Assembly (NCBI GenBank): GCA_013239625.1
Contig: MU056050.1
Coordinates: 3,334,084-3,398,083, forward strand
Source of the DNA: Lama guanicoe
Lineage: Eukaryota
Reading direction: 5' to 3'
Length of the DNA stretch: 64,000 nt
In this document: piece after piece, positions 40,198 to 52,469 of the stretch
Layout: every line of letters begins with the position of its first letter
How positions within the stretch are numbered: the first letter of the stretch is position 1
Made by a program: the position numbers and the translations under genes
The notes under the pieces: model-generated
Seen by the model: only the letters and a program-made list of their open reading frames with translations
What the model was told of the DNA's origin: nothing
Databases searched by the model: none

Positions 40198-40811
40198 TGA
40201 GGGTCACCGATTCTTCAAAATAAGATTCAAAGGAAGCTGTTGGAACCAGAATGGGAAACTCAAGCAAAATTTTAGGTTACAGCTTGGAAGGAAACTAAGT
40301 GGCTTCTAGATCCTACAGAACATTGGAAAAGTACTGCCTATGTAACAAAGAGAGTGAACTTCATGGACAAGGATGGCATTAAGACGCCCAGGAAAGGAGG
40401 AAATCTAAGTGAAAGGGTCCTATGATGCCATGACTGAAACCAATTAAACTATAAAATCGTGGCTGTTCTGCAACGTTATCAGGTGTCAATCTACAACACA
40501 ACTTCCCGTGCCTACCACATTTTGCATTTACTAAACACGTCAGATGAAAGAGGGCTAGAACTGACTTGGTGTTGCTGGGTCAATGCGTGATCAGTTTGAT
40601 ACAGACGTCTGCACCATTCCAGGCCACAAGCAAGAAATTTACTAGACTTCCTCAGCCTCCCTACCAACAAATACTCAGTAAGAACATAGCACAGACTGAG
40701 CTATAATTTTCACCTTTATGATTCCCTTTTCTTATATCTAAGTTTCCACATTCACCTACAGGGAGTAATACAATGTAATTACAATTGGGTTGCCACCACA
40801 TAGAGTAGGGT

Positions 40812-41035
40812 AGACATAATGTAGTAGGAAAGGCATTGAACTTGGAGTCAGAAAGTCTGGGTTTGGGCCCAGCTTGTGTCACTTACTGTATGGCATTGGA
40901 TACATCAGCTAACCTCCTCTCCTTTTGCATAATAAAAGCTAAATGCCCCTCCTCCCCCAAAGTGCTGGCAGATGACTTCAACGAAATAATACATATGAAA
41001 GCCCCATGTAAACTGCAAAACAATTTATAGTTATG
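40812..41035 (+). mobile_element. MIR
   Basis: gaacttggagtcagaaagtctgggtttgggccc. Confidence 0.7.
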
Positions 41036-41134
41036 ATTATTAATTAATGATTTTTGCAACTGTAAATGTATCAATCCTAGGCTATCTATTGTTTTGAAAA
41101 ACATCTTTCTCTTTTGTTGGTGGCTTATTTACTA

Positions 41135-43060
41135 TTTCTTTTTTAAACTGCTTTATTGCTTTATATAATTTATAAAAAATACAATTCACTCGTTTCAAAT
41201 GTAAAATTCCATGATTTGAGGTACATTTATAGAGTTGTGAAACCGTCACCACCATCCAATTTTAAAACATTTTCATCATCCTAAAAATACCTACGTCCAT
41301 TAAGCAGTCACTCCCAATTCAACCTTCCTTCAGCACCTGGCAACTACTAATACACTTTCTGTCTCTATGGATTTGCCTATTCTGGACAGTTTCTATAGAT
41401 GGAATCACATAATATGTAGTCTTTTGCATCTGGCTTCTTTTACAATGTTTACATAATGTTCTTGTTCATCCACATTGGGGCATGTATCAATATTTCAAGT
41501 CTTTTTATTTCTGAATATAATCCTTTTTACACATTGTTGTGTTAATTTTGATAATATTTTTGCCCAGGGTATTCTGCTGCCCCTTTCTTTTTCACCTTCC
41601 TTTTGGGATTCATATTATGTATATGCTGGTATTCTTCTTTTGGCAGGGGGGAGGTATTCCTAACGTTGCCCGACGTGTCCTCTCCCTGAAGCTCTGTTCA
41701 TTTTTCTTTGATCATTTTTCTCTATTGTCAGACTGGCTAATTTCTACAGATCAATCTTCAAGTTAACTGATGGTTTCTTTTGCCATCTTGCATGGCAAGA
41801 TGCTGTTGAGTCCCCCCAGTGAATTTTTCATTTTAATTATTTCCATTTGGTTCTTTTTATAATTTCTGCTTCCTTCCTGAAAATCACTAGTTTGTTCATT
41901 TTTATCATACTTTCCATTAAGTCTTTATTCATGGTTTCTTTTTCTTCTTTGAACATATCTATAGTACCTGCTTTGAAGTCTTGCCTGTTAATTACAACAT
42001 CTGGAGATATTCAGAGACAATTTATGTTGACTGATTTCTCTCTCTTTTTTACTGAGTATAGCTCATCCTATTTCTTTGCATATTTAATAATTTTTGTTGC
42101 AAACTGGACATTTTAGAAAATACATTATCAACTCTGGATTCTGATCTTTCCCCTAAAGGTAACCATTGCTGATTTTTAAAATTTATTTAGTAAACTGCCT
42201 GGGCTGGGTGAACCATGCCACCCAATGATGTGTGGTTGTTGATTTCTCTGATGGGCATTTTTGCTATATTCTTTTTGTAAGCTTGGTTTACTAAGGGTGA
42301 ACTCTGTGTCCCTGTAGCTTTGTGGTCAGTCAGTAATTGCAGAGATTGTCCTCAACCACCTCAAACCTGTAAGGGTTCTTTCTTCTGCCAGTGGATCTGT
42401 GTGTGAGAAAGGAAACACATGACATTCAAAGCTCATGGCATTTTCAAGTTTGCCACACTTTTCATTTTCCATTGGGCCTTTTGTATGTCTCCTCTGTACA
42501 GTGCCTCAGGATTGACGAACAGAGCTGGCTTGAGTTCTCTCAAGTCTCCATTGCCTGCTGCACATGTGCACAGTCTCTGTCAGGAATATGCTTTTCACAA
42601 GCTCAAGTTAGTAGAACTGTTGGCCCTCCCCACTGGCCCAACTCCACTGAGATTATCACTTTTACCAACAATGTCACTGGAAATGGGCATCATGCACCTC
42701 TCCACATTAAGTGAGCCATCAGCAACCATGGCAGTGCAGCTATAATTCTTAGAGCCGACTCCACCAAGGGCATTGTCCTATGTGTGTGCATATGTGTGCG
42801 TGTGTGTGTATGTGTCTAAGGAAGGGGGGAGGGGTGTGTGTGGAGCATGATTAGCCCCAAACCAAAACACCACAGATTGTCACTTTTATTACACAAAGTC
42901 CAATAGTTTATTCAAGTACAAGTGCCCTTTGGATTGCTGCAGGCCTTTGGTTGACTTCCAGGGTGCTTAAATGATTGTTTTTGTCAACGTGTACAGCTTT
43001 ATAGTTTATAGTTGTTTTTTAGGAAGTGGTTTTGTAGATCCTTACTAGCCCTCAGCCAGA
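41135..43060 (-). mobile_element. Old L1M fragments (3' end at about 41135-41500; ORF1/5' region beyond)
   Basis: Typical antisense L1 3'-end text (ctttctgtctctatggatttgcctattctggaca) followed by T-rich antisense ORF1-like sequence. Confidence 0.75.
42779..42815. repeat. Imperfect (TG)n
   Basis: Seen directly. Confidence 0.85.
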
Positions 43061-43174
43061 AGTCTAACCCAAATCACTGATCTTTTAATGGCAGGACTTC
43101 ATAGAAACGTTAGACATTAGGGATTTGCGGTTTTCTTGCTTAGTATTTTGAAGACTTAACATAAGAAAAACAAT

Positions 43175-43358
43175 TTTAAATGACTCATTAATAATTTTAT
43201 ATTGAGTATATATTGATATGATAATAACTGGGTATACTGGGTTACGTAAAATACATTATTAAAATTAATTTCACCTGCTTATTTCTTTCTTAATATGGCT
43301 CCCAGAATTTAAAAAAATACATGTGTGTCCTGCATTACATTTCTATTAAGCAGTACTA
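43175..43358. mobile_element. MER33/MER3-like hAT-Charlie fragment
   Basis: aaatacattattaaaattaatttcacctg...cattacatttctattaagcagtact followed by gtctaga. Confidence 0.7.
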
Positions 43359-43399
43359 GTCTAGATCTAACATCCACTATATAGGAAGCACTTGAGACA

Positions 43400-44040
43400 G
43401 AGAAACATACTAAGTAATGAAAATAGCAAATTCAAGAGTATGAGAAACTTAAAGAAAATGTGATCTAGTTTCCTCAACAAATAAATTGCAAGGAAAAATT
43501 TAGTAGCAGGAAGGGAAATATAGGGATTAAAAGAGATTTAAGAGACATAGCTATAAATTGTAATATGTACATCTTATAAGGATCCACATTTGAGCAAAGA
43601 TATGAAAAAACTATACATACATTTATGAGATAGTCTGATAAATTTGAAAATGTACCACATATCTGATGACAGTAAAGATTTATTGTTTATTTTTAAGGTG
43701 CAATATGGTATCATAGTTAGGTTACAGAAGAGTCTTCATACCTTGTAATCATATACTGAAGTCTTATGGATGAAATTATACAATATCTTGGACTTACTTC
43801 ACAAAAATCTAGGGACACAAGAGGGGCAAATGAGTGAGGTGTAGATAAAGCAAGATTGTCCCTGAGTTGAAAACTACTGAAGTTATGTGATGGCTAATTG
43901 TTGAGGTTATTCAATCATGCTCTCTACTTCATTATATGTTTAAAATTTTAGATACTAGAAAATTAAAATAGTTTCAGATAATTTTTAATTATTTGGGAAA
44001 ACACTAAGATACAATGTGAAATGAAAAAAATAAGATTCAA
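43400..44040 (+). mobile_element. Old L1MC-like 3' end
   Basis: Contains caacaaataaattgcaagg, gattaaaagagatttaagagacat and ggatgaaattatacaatatcttgga, typical of L1MC 3'-UTRs. Confidence 0.65.
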
Positions 44041-44052
44041 AACTGAAGTTAA

Positions 44053-45734
44053 GATGACTTAAAGAAATGGAAAGATATCCCACAGTCTTGGGTTGGAAGA
44101 CTTAATATTGTTAAAATGGTCATACTACCCAAAGCAATCTATAAATTTAATGTGCGCCCTATCAGATTACCCAGGACATTTTTCACAGAACTAGAACAAA
44201 TAATCCTAAAATTTATATGGAATCAAAAAAGACCCAGAATTGCCAAAGCATTACTGAAGAGAAAGAAAAAGGTTGGAGGAATAACTCTTCCAGACTTCAG
44301 ACAATACTATAGAGCTACAGTAATCAAAACAGCATGGTATTGGTACAAAACAGACATACGGATCAATGGAACAGAATAGAGAGCCCAGAAATAAACTCAC
44401 AAACCTATGATCAATTAATCTTTGACAAAAAAGACAAGAATGTACAATGGAATAAAGACATTCTCTTCATCAAATGGTGTTGGGAAAACTGGACAGCTGC
44501 ATGTAAATCAATGAAGTTAGAAAACTCCCTCACACCATACACAAAAATAAACTCAAAATGGCTTAAAGACTTAAACATAAGACAAGACACTATAAACCTC
44601 CTAGAAGAAAACATAGGTAATACATATTCTGACAAATATCATAGTAATGTTCTCCTAGGGCAGTCTACCCTGGCAATAAAAATAAAAGCAAAAATAAATA
44701 AATGGGACCTAATTAAATTACTTACAAGCTTTTGCACAGCAAAGAAAATCATAAGCAAAACAAAATGACAACCTATGAAATGGAAGAAAATATCTGCAAA
44801 AGATGAGACTGACAAGGGCTTAATTTCTGTAATATATAAACAGCACATACAACTTAATAATAAAAAAAAAACAAAGCACCCAATCTAGAAATGGGCAGAA
44901 GACCTAAATGCAAATCAAAACTACAATGAGGTACCACCTCACACCAATCAGAATGGCCATCATTCAAAAGTCCACAGACAATAAATGCTGGAGAGGCTGT
45001 GGAGAAAAGGGAACCTTCCTACACTGTTGGTAGAAATGTAGTTTGGTGCAGCCGTTATGGAAAACAGTATGGAGATTCCTCAAAAGACTAAAAATGGACT
45101 TACCATATGATCCAGCAATCCCACTCCTGGGCATATATCCAGAGGGAACCTTAATTCAAAAAGATACATGCACCCCAATGTTCATAGCAGCACTATTTAC
45201 AACAGCCAAGACATCAAAACAACCTAAATGTCCATCAGCAGATGACTGGATAAAGAAGTTGTGGTATATTTATACAATGGAATACTACTCAGCCATAAAA
45301 AGAATAATGCCATGTGAAGCAACATGGACAGAATTAGAGATCGTCATTCTAAGTGAAGCAAGCCAGAAAGAGAAAGAAATACCATATGATATCATTTATA
45401 TGTGGAATCTAAAAAAAAAAAAGAAATTTATTTAAAAAACAGAAATAGACTCACAGACATAGAAACAAACTTATGGTTACTGGTGGGAGGGGGTGGGAAG
45501 GGGTAAATTAGGAGTTTGAGATTTGCAGACACTAATTACTGTATATAAAATAGATAAACAACAAGGACCTACTGTATAGCACAGGGAACTATATTCAGTA
45601 TCTTGTAGTAAACTATAATGAAAAAGAATATGCAAACGAACATATGTATGTATATGTAAGACTGAACTATTATGCTGTACACCAGAAATTGACACAATAT
45701 TGTAAACTGACTATACATTTAAATTAAGAAAATC
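44053..45734 (+). mobile_element. 5'-truncated L1 (ORF2 C-terminus plus 3'-UTR) with an internal deletion of about 80 nt
   Basis: ORF2 fragments ([12 protein letters not shown]..., [12 protein letters not shown]..., [13 protein letters not shown]...). Candidate TSD ctgaagttaa (44043-44052) / ctgaaattaa (45735-45744). Confidence 0.96.
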
Positions 45735-46234
45735 CTGAAATTAATAGTGAAAAATTGTTAAAACTAGTTTCACGGGAAGAAAGGGTGATTATAGAGAACT
45801 TTACCTTTCTATAAAATTTTCTGTAATTAACTTCTGTCAAATTTTTAACCAGAAAAAGAGTACCCCTCATACATAGAGGTGTATTACCAATTATTTTTCA
45901 AAAATTAAAACCTGAAAAGAAATACATCAAAATACTAATGGCAATTATCTCTGTGTTGTGTGACTATGAATGATTTTTATTTCCTTATATTTTCCCTATT
46001 CTCTACAGTGAGAATGTATTGCTTTTTCATCAGAAGATTAGGAATAATGTTTAGTGTGAAAAATGTGAAATTTTTACTGTCCTTTCTGCTTTTCCTATCC
46101 ATGTTCATATAGATGTGTGGCTATTCAGCCATTCATTAGAAGGTATATATTGAGTACCTTGCACTTTGCAAAGCACTTCAGAAATTTTCAACTTTTAAAT
46201 TTCACATACAGTATTATAATTTATATGCTTACAC

Positions 46235-46390
46235 CCCTCTGACATAGCACTTTGGCAGGATATTATTACTCCCACTTTCAGATGAGAAAACAGCCTCAAA
46301 TATTTGCAAAACACAGCAAGGCAGTAGCAGACTTTGGACGAGAACCCAGGTTTCATTATTCCTAGTCTGGTGCTCTTTTCACTATAACAT
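46235..46390 (-). mobile_element. MIR
   Basis: tattattactcccactttcagatgagaaaacagcctca. Confidence 0.7.
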
Positions 46391-49307
46391 GTTACTTCCC
46401 ATAAAAAGTATCAAACTCAGAATACTATTAATTTAACAAATAACTAACTTAGGCCCAACTGAATTCAAATTATTTACATCAATTAACTATACTATCCATT
46501 TTACTAAACTGCAACTGAGAGCTATGTGCAGGAAAAAAGCACTCAGATGAAATAACAGGGAGGAAGCAGTAGAATTTTGTGACATATGGCATGCTTGCCG
46601 ATGAAATCAAAGGTATGTTTCATGCCAGCTTTTGGTCTGCAAAGTGTCTTTCATTTCACTAAGAGGTATACCCCATGCCAGGAAATGCACAACCTCCTAG
46701 CCCTTTCTTTTGAAATCTAAACCCATGAGAGCACAGATTTGGCATGACTTGATGGAACACTGAATGCAATATGCTTGACCCATTTGTGGGTACAAACATC
46801 CAGATTATCCACTGTGGAGGACTCAAGTTTGTCATCTGGATTCCCCAACAGTGCAAGGAAAGTATGGATACATCTGAGTTTTAGGACTATCTCTGACTAG
46901 AGAATGAAGATTTATAATTTCAGAAAAGGAAAATAACCTCTAGGGAAAAAAAATGAAAGTTAAACCAAGAAGCAACCAAGTATACCAAAAGTGTAGGGCA
47001 AAAGCAGGTACGGGCTCCTATAGAGAATAATATCTTTGCCCTTTATGCTCTAGGGTGTCATAAAACCTCCAAGTGGACCTTAGTTTAGTACAAAGGATCT
47101 AATCATTGCAAGTGAGTCTACGTCTCTTTTTTTAGCAGGGAAGGGAGATGCTGGAGAGCAGGGCACTGTGGAATATTTGAAGACATCTCTGTAGATTTTT
47201 AACAAGAAAATTTTGCTTTATCTGCTACAAGGACCTCTGCTATCAGTTTAATAAAAACTCTCAGGGAAAATACCTTCTGTTTAAGTGGAGGGATTCACTG
47301 GGTGAGACAGGGGTCTTTTCCAAAAATAGCACTGTCACTTTGGATGACTTGGTCCTCCAGCTGGTATGGTCAATCTTTTTCATTCGGTAAATTTTGTCTT
47401 ATATGCAGATGACTCCTTACTGGCAAGTTCTTTTGTAGAGGGAAAGAAATGAAATATTTTGGAGTTCATTCTAAGTGCAGATGTCTACTTGGCTAAAGGC
47501 AGGAGTATGTATCCTTTAATACCTCTATGACAGATGAATGAGAAGCAGCATATTGGAGAAAGCTTTTGACTCAGACAGACCTGGGTTCTACTACTAGTTC
47601 TTCCACTCATTTAACTTTATGGTTGCTCATCTATAAAATTAGAATAACAATATCTACCTTGCAATGTTAATGTGAGAATTAACAAAAAGATATGCTGGGT
47701 GTATTTTGTAGCAAAAAGTTTGAAGGTATATACATCACCAAGGTATCAACAGTGGTTATTACATGGTAGAATTTTTAGGTTATTAGAAGATGGCACTAAA
47801 GGCAAATTTTCATTGTTTTCTTTCTATTGTCTTTTTTCTTACAATGAACACATTCTAATATTATATGAAGAAAAGAATATCGCATACTATTTTAAAATAA
47901 TAGATGCCAAGTTCCTATTCCAGCGTGGGAAACACAATAAACACTCATTCCTCATTGGTGGCTATCATCCTTGTTGTCATTAATCTCATCATCATCTTAT
48001 TCTTTCTATTACAGGTGTGAAAACAGAGGCCTAGAGAGGTTTGGTAGCTTACTTAATTCCATGGTATCTCAGAAGCAAGTAAAATGCCCACCATACTGCC
48101 TGAAATATACACATATATAAACACATCTCATTTCATGAATCATGAATGAGTAGACTTGGTTGAGAAAGTCACCAACCTAAACTCGAACAACACATAATAA
48201 GCCCTCACTCAATCAGACTGCTTAAAATGGGGCAAAATTACGACAAGGGGACAGTGTATGCAAGAAGTTGTATGAAGATTTGACAGTGGTCTCACAAAAA
48301 TCACATCAAGAAAGGGATTACCGATAATGAAAATTAAAGAATAACAATGCTCTTCAATAATAATTAACCAATTCTTATAGAATTCAATCATTAGGTAAGT
48401 CTTTTTCTCTCTCTCAATCATGTTTATGTGTGCACATAACAATTTCTTCCCTTCACTTCTTCAGAATCCCAGTGGCGTTTTGCTGCTCCCAGACTGAATA
48501 AAAGACCCTACTATAGCACCTTTCCTTCATCCCTGCTTCAAATCTATCCCTCTTTCCTCTCTTTTATCAAGGGTTACTTCATCTGTCTATATATCCCTGT
48601 CTCGTGTCTTTTCCAGATGTCTACCTGTCAACAACTTATTCAAAGTGATTAATCACTAATGAGAACTAAATGGGTTATTCCTCCTAGAAGAAATTAATTT
48701 TTACACAGGTCATTTGGAAATTCAGCATCTTTGACTAAAGGTATTAATTTCTAGTTTTGAAACTTAAGCCCCACAGCAGACCATTAAGGAAGATATCCTG
48801 TGACTGGAGAGTGCTTTCCTTTGCGCCACTAAAGTCAAAGTATTCCAGCAACCACCGACTTCACAGAGCTAAGTTCTAGCCAGCCCTGAGTCTTTAAGCC
48901 TTAGGGTAGAGACAGGACTAGCCTGAATTCTCCCAGAATGTCTTCCATGGATTTAATATTATGTGAGGAGAACTGAGCTCATCCCTGGATAGAAACTAAC
49001 AATGATGAATTTTTTTCCCTTCTGCACCCTCAGAGGGACTCAGTGTTACATCACTGCTTGCCTGAACATACGAATTAACACTGCTGAATAGGTTAAGAAT
49101 TTGGAACTTCCTATGAATTGTAGCATTCGTGTGCTTACATAAAATTCCTCTAATAGGATTCAGTGATACAAAGGTAGGGCTCTTTTCCCCTTCTGCCAGT
49201 GCTGGAGGAGGCCTGAAGAAGCTACTGACCTCAAGTTACTGAGAAGAAATTGATATCTCTAGAAGTTTTCTTTCACTGAGTCTAATTTGGTGTTTGTTTC
49301 AAGGTTA

Positions 49308-49603
49308 CTCACAGACATAGAGAGCAAACTTGTGGTTACCAGGGGTGGAGGGGGTAGGAGGGGATAAATTGGGAGTTCGAGACTTGCAGACACTAACACA
49401 TATAAAACAGATAAACAAGTTCATACTGAATTGCACAGGGAACTATACTCAATATCTTATAACTTACGGTGGAAAAGAATATGAAAATGAACATATGTAT
49501 GTTCATGTATGACTGAAGCACTGTGCTGTGCACCAGAAATTGACACAACATTGTAAACTGCGTATATATATATACGCACATACACACACACACACAAATA
49601 TCT
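49308..49603 (+). mobile_element. Short L1 3'-UTR insertion with a tail converted to (TA)n/(CA)n
   Basis: Aligns by eye with 45450-45710. TSD aaggtta at 49301-49307 and 49604-49610. Confidence 0.92.
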
Positions 49604-51559
49604 AAGGTTAAAAATGCCCACAGTAACAGACTCTGACCCTTCTGTCTTCAACAAAGCACGTGAATTACAGTCAACACCCTGTGTTCTGGCATTCTGTCCG
49701 TAAGAAATCTCTATTGACTGGGCCTTCAGCCAGTACCATAATAGATATTTCTAATGATGACCCTGAAGAAGAGCCTACACTGAAAGTGCCTTCTGAATAT
49801 TCAAAGAAAGACTACACTCCATTCATTATAGTTTTACATTTAAACATAGTTTACTAAATTCTCATCCTTGGAAATGGTAGAAAATATATTATTTGATTAA
49901 GCAGGGCATCTGATTATTCAATCATGCTGAATTTATAAAAACACTACCATCAAGGCATAGACGTCTGAATCCCCCTCCAGGCCCACTATAACTTTCTTTG
50001 ATGCAGTGTCACTTTAAAGCATTTACTCAGGAGCAAGAATGACTAACACATGGGTGACATCCACTATGCTTAGAGATAAGTAGTCATTTATATCTCTAAG
50101 GTATCTTGACATCAGAATACACATAGGTTGACAAATGTGGCATGAGTCGTAATCATTTACAAACTCCTTGTCACAGAAAACGAACTGGGTGTGGGCTATC
50201 TTTTGGCAACACTGTCAGTGTTTCATATAATACACAGCCTGGACCTCCAACTGTGTTTAATTAAGAGAATATTATAAGCTCTAATTAGCTGCATTTAATT
50301 TTTAAAGCAATTCAAAGTTCATAGTTTAAGGAGAAAAAAACTAAAAACAATAGACATGGTCTCTGTGTGATGTAATTAATGTTTGGGAAGCAGTCACTGG
50401 AGCACAGCATAATGAGGTTGACAAGTCAGTAGCCCTGACATTTCTACACAACATCACATCTCAAACATCATTTTAAAAAGCACTGAAAATTAAATGTGGC
50501 ACATCAAGTGTACTGAGCTGCAGTCAGTGGTGGGGAGAAATCTGGTAGCTAAAAGTCTGCAGTCTCTAACAGACAGGACATTGTTTAGAAAGAACAGAAT
50601 GGTGTACAAGCTGACACACAGGAAGAAGTAATAAGGAGAGGTGATTGCTATTTTTTTAAATAATAATACTATTAATAGCTCTATTCAAAATCAAACAAAC
50701 AGATATACGTTAAACAAGGAGTTATTTCATTTTCTATTTCTTATATTCTCTTTTCCTTGACCTAAGACTTTTCACAGTGAAAATGAAATATTAAGGTGTA
50801 CAGTTTCTTTGGGAAAGGCTAGCCCAATGTTATCACAGAATATACTTTTGAATTTTTTCAAGGATCTTTCTGAGCATGATGGTCAGGGTGACCATTCTCT
50901 TCTTAATTAGGAAATGAAATGGAGTTGTTACTTTCATATAATACTTAAACTTTATGCTGAGGAAGAATTTGAAAGCCTGCTGGACTCTTTCAAGTGTGGA
51001 GGTTGCTGTCCTAGGGTTTCCTTGACCACACAACACTCTCTCTTAAGCAATCTCTTATATACACTTCCCTCTGAATACAAGACAACATAATGTCCAATAA
51101 CCTTAGAAGCATTTGCAGCTTTGAATTCTTACAGAGACTATTTAAATGACTTTTCTATGAGGCAGGACCCTTCCTAGTGGATGTATCTCAGTTCTCTTGG
51201 CAGCAAACATTCTGAAGCTGCTATGAGTCTTCTTACTCTTTAGTGGAATTAATTTTACACCAACCCTATCATTCCTTCACCACATCCTTCCCCTAGACCT
51301 GGGTTCCTTATAAATCCACGATCTTGAAAGACTTAAAGTTTTCCTATGTTTCTGCTACACTATGCCTTATCTCTCTCTCTCAAGATTCTTTTTTCAGTAA
51401 GCCAAATTGAGATCCCATGATAATAATACTAATCATCATCCTCAATATGTAAGGAATTCCAATAGCAAGTTCATGATCACAATCTCTGTAGTTAGCCTAA
51501 TTTTTAAAAAATCCTGTGGCTTTCCTAATTAACACCTGATTACATTTTCACCTCTATGA

Positions 51560-51960
51560 ACCTATCCCAATTAAAAAAGACAAAATATTGAGGAAAGTCA
51601 TTTATATGAAGATGTCCATCTCAGCATTGTTTAGAGAACTGAAATACTGAGGAAAAAATCCAGTGGGTCAAAGTAGGGAAACAGTTATATTTTGGTATAG
51701 CCACTTGATTTACTATTATGCCATCATTAAAAGTGAAGGCAAAGAAAACTATGTAGAGACTTAAAAACACGTATATCATATAATGTTATGTAAAGGAGAA
51801 AGATATATACCTTACTGTTTATAACTAAGTCAAAACAAATCTGTGCATAAAAAGGACCAAATGGAAACATCTAAAAAAGGACCAAATGAAATGACAGCAG
51901 TTAAGATGTTGGAACTGTGGATGATATATATTGTCCACATGCTTTCCATTTTATATATCT
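51560..51960 (+). mobile_element. Old L1ME-like 3' fragment
   Basis: Contains gatgtccatctcagcattgttta and tactattatgccatcattaaaa. Confidence 0.5.
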
Positions 51961-52469
51961 TTCAATTTTAAAAGATGGTATAAGGCTATCTCCAAAGACA
52001 TTTATGGAATTCAGCTAAGATTTTACCTTCCTACTACTTTCATGTTTCACTCCTCAGGATTTTAGAAGAACACCTCTAGAACCATGAACTCTGGATGATT
52101 CACTCAAGCATTTACACTAACAACAGATTTTTGGTTGTTCTTCAGACAATCTGAAAACTTACTATAGTTTACAGTTCAAAGGTGGCAGCTATTTTAGAGT
52201 CGGGTTTGATTGACTCAAGGTAATCAATTACTGATTTAAAATTCCCTGAAAGAAAAGAGCAGTAGTTTATCCAGAAAAAAATAGCTTCTCTGGGTAATTG
52301 TAGAAGTCTGGGAAGAATGGCGTGGTGGATGATTATTGCAGAGAGGGAGAAACAAGTACTTGGAGTTTAAGAAGCACTGGCTATAGAATCTAAAAGCAAG
52401 GACATTCATAATTACACATTTTTCGGAATTGACCTATTTCTTCACCACCACCACACAAAGCGGAAGACG

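Noticed and set aside
45485..45503. Four-G-run quadruplex motif
   Set aside because: Ordinary feature of L1 3'-UTRs.
49660..49857. ORF with a protein-like acidic stretch (IIDISNDDPEEEP)
   Set aside because: Non-ATG start, no recognisable homology, and no retrocopy hallmarks.
51849..51890. Short tandem duplications (aaaaggaccaaatg twice; similar cases near 22633, 28688, 37833 and 63591)
   Set aside because: Common slippage-type indels with no sign of function.
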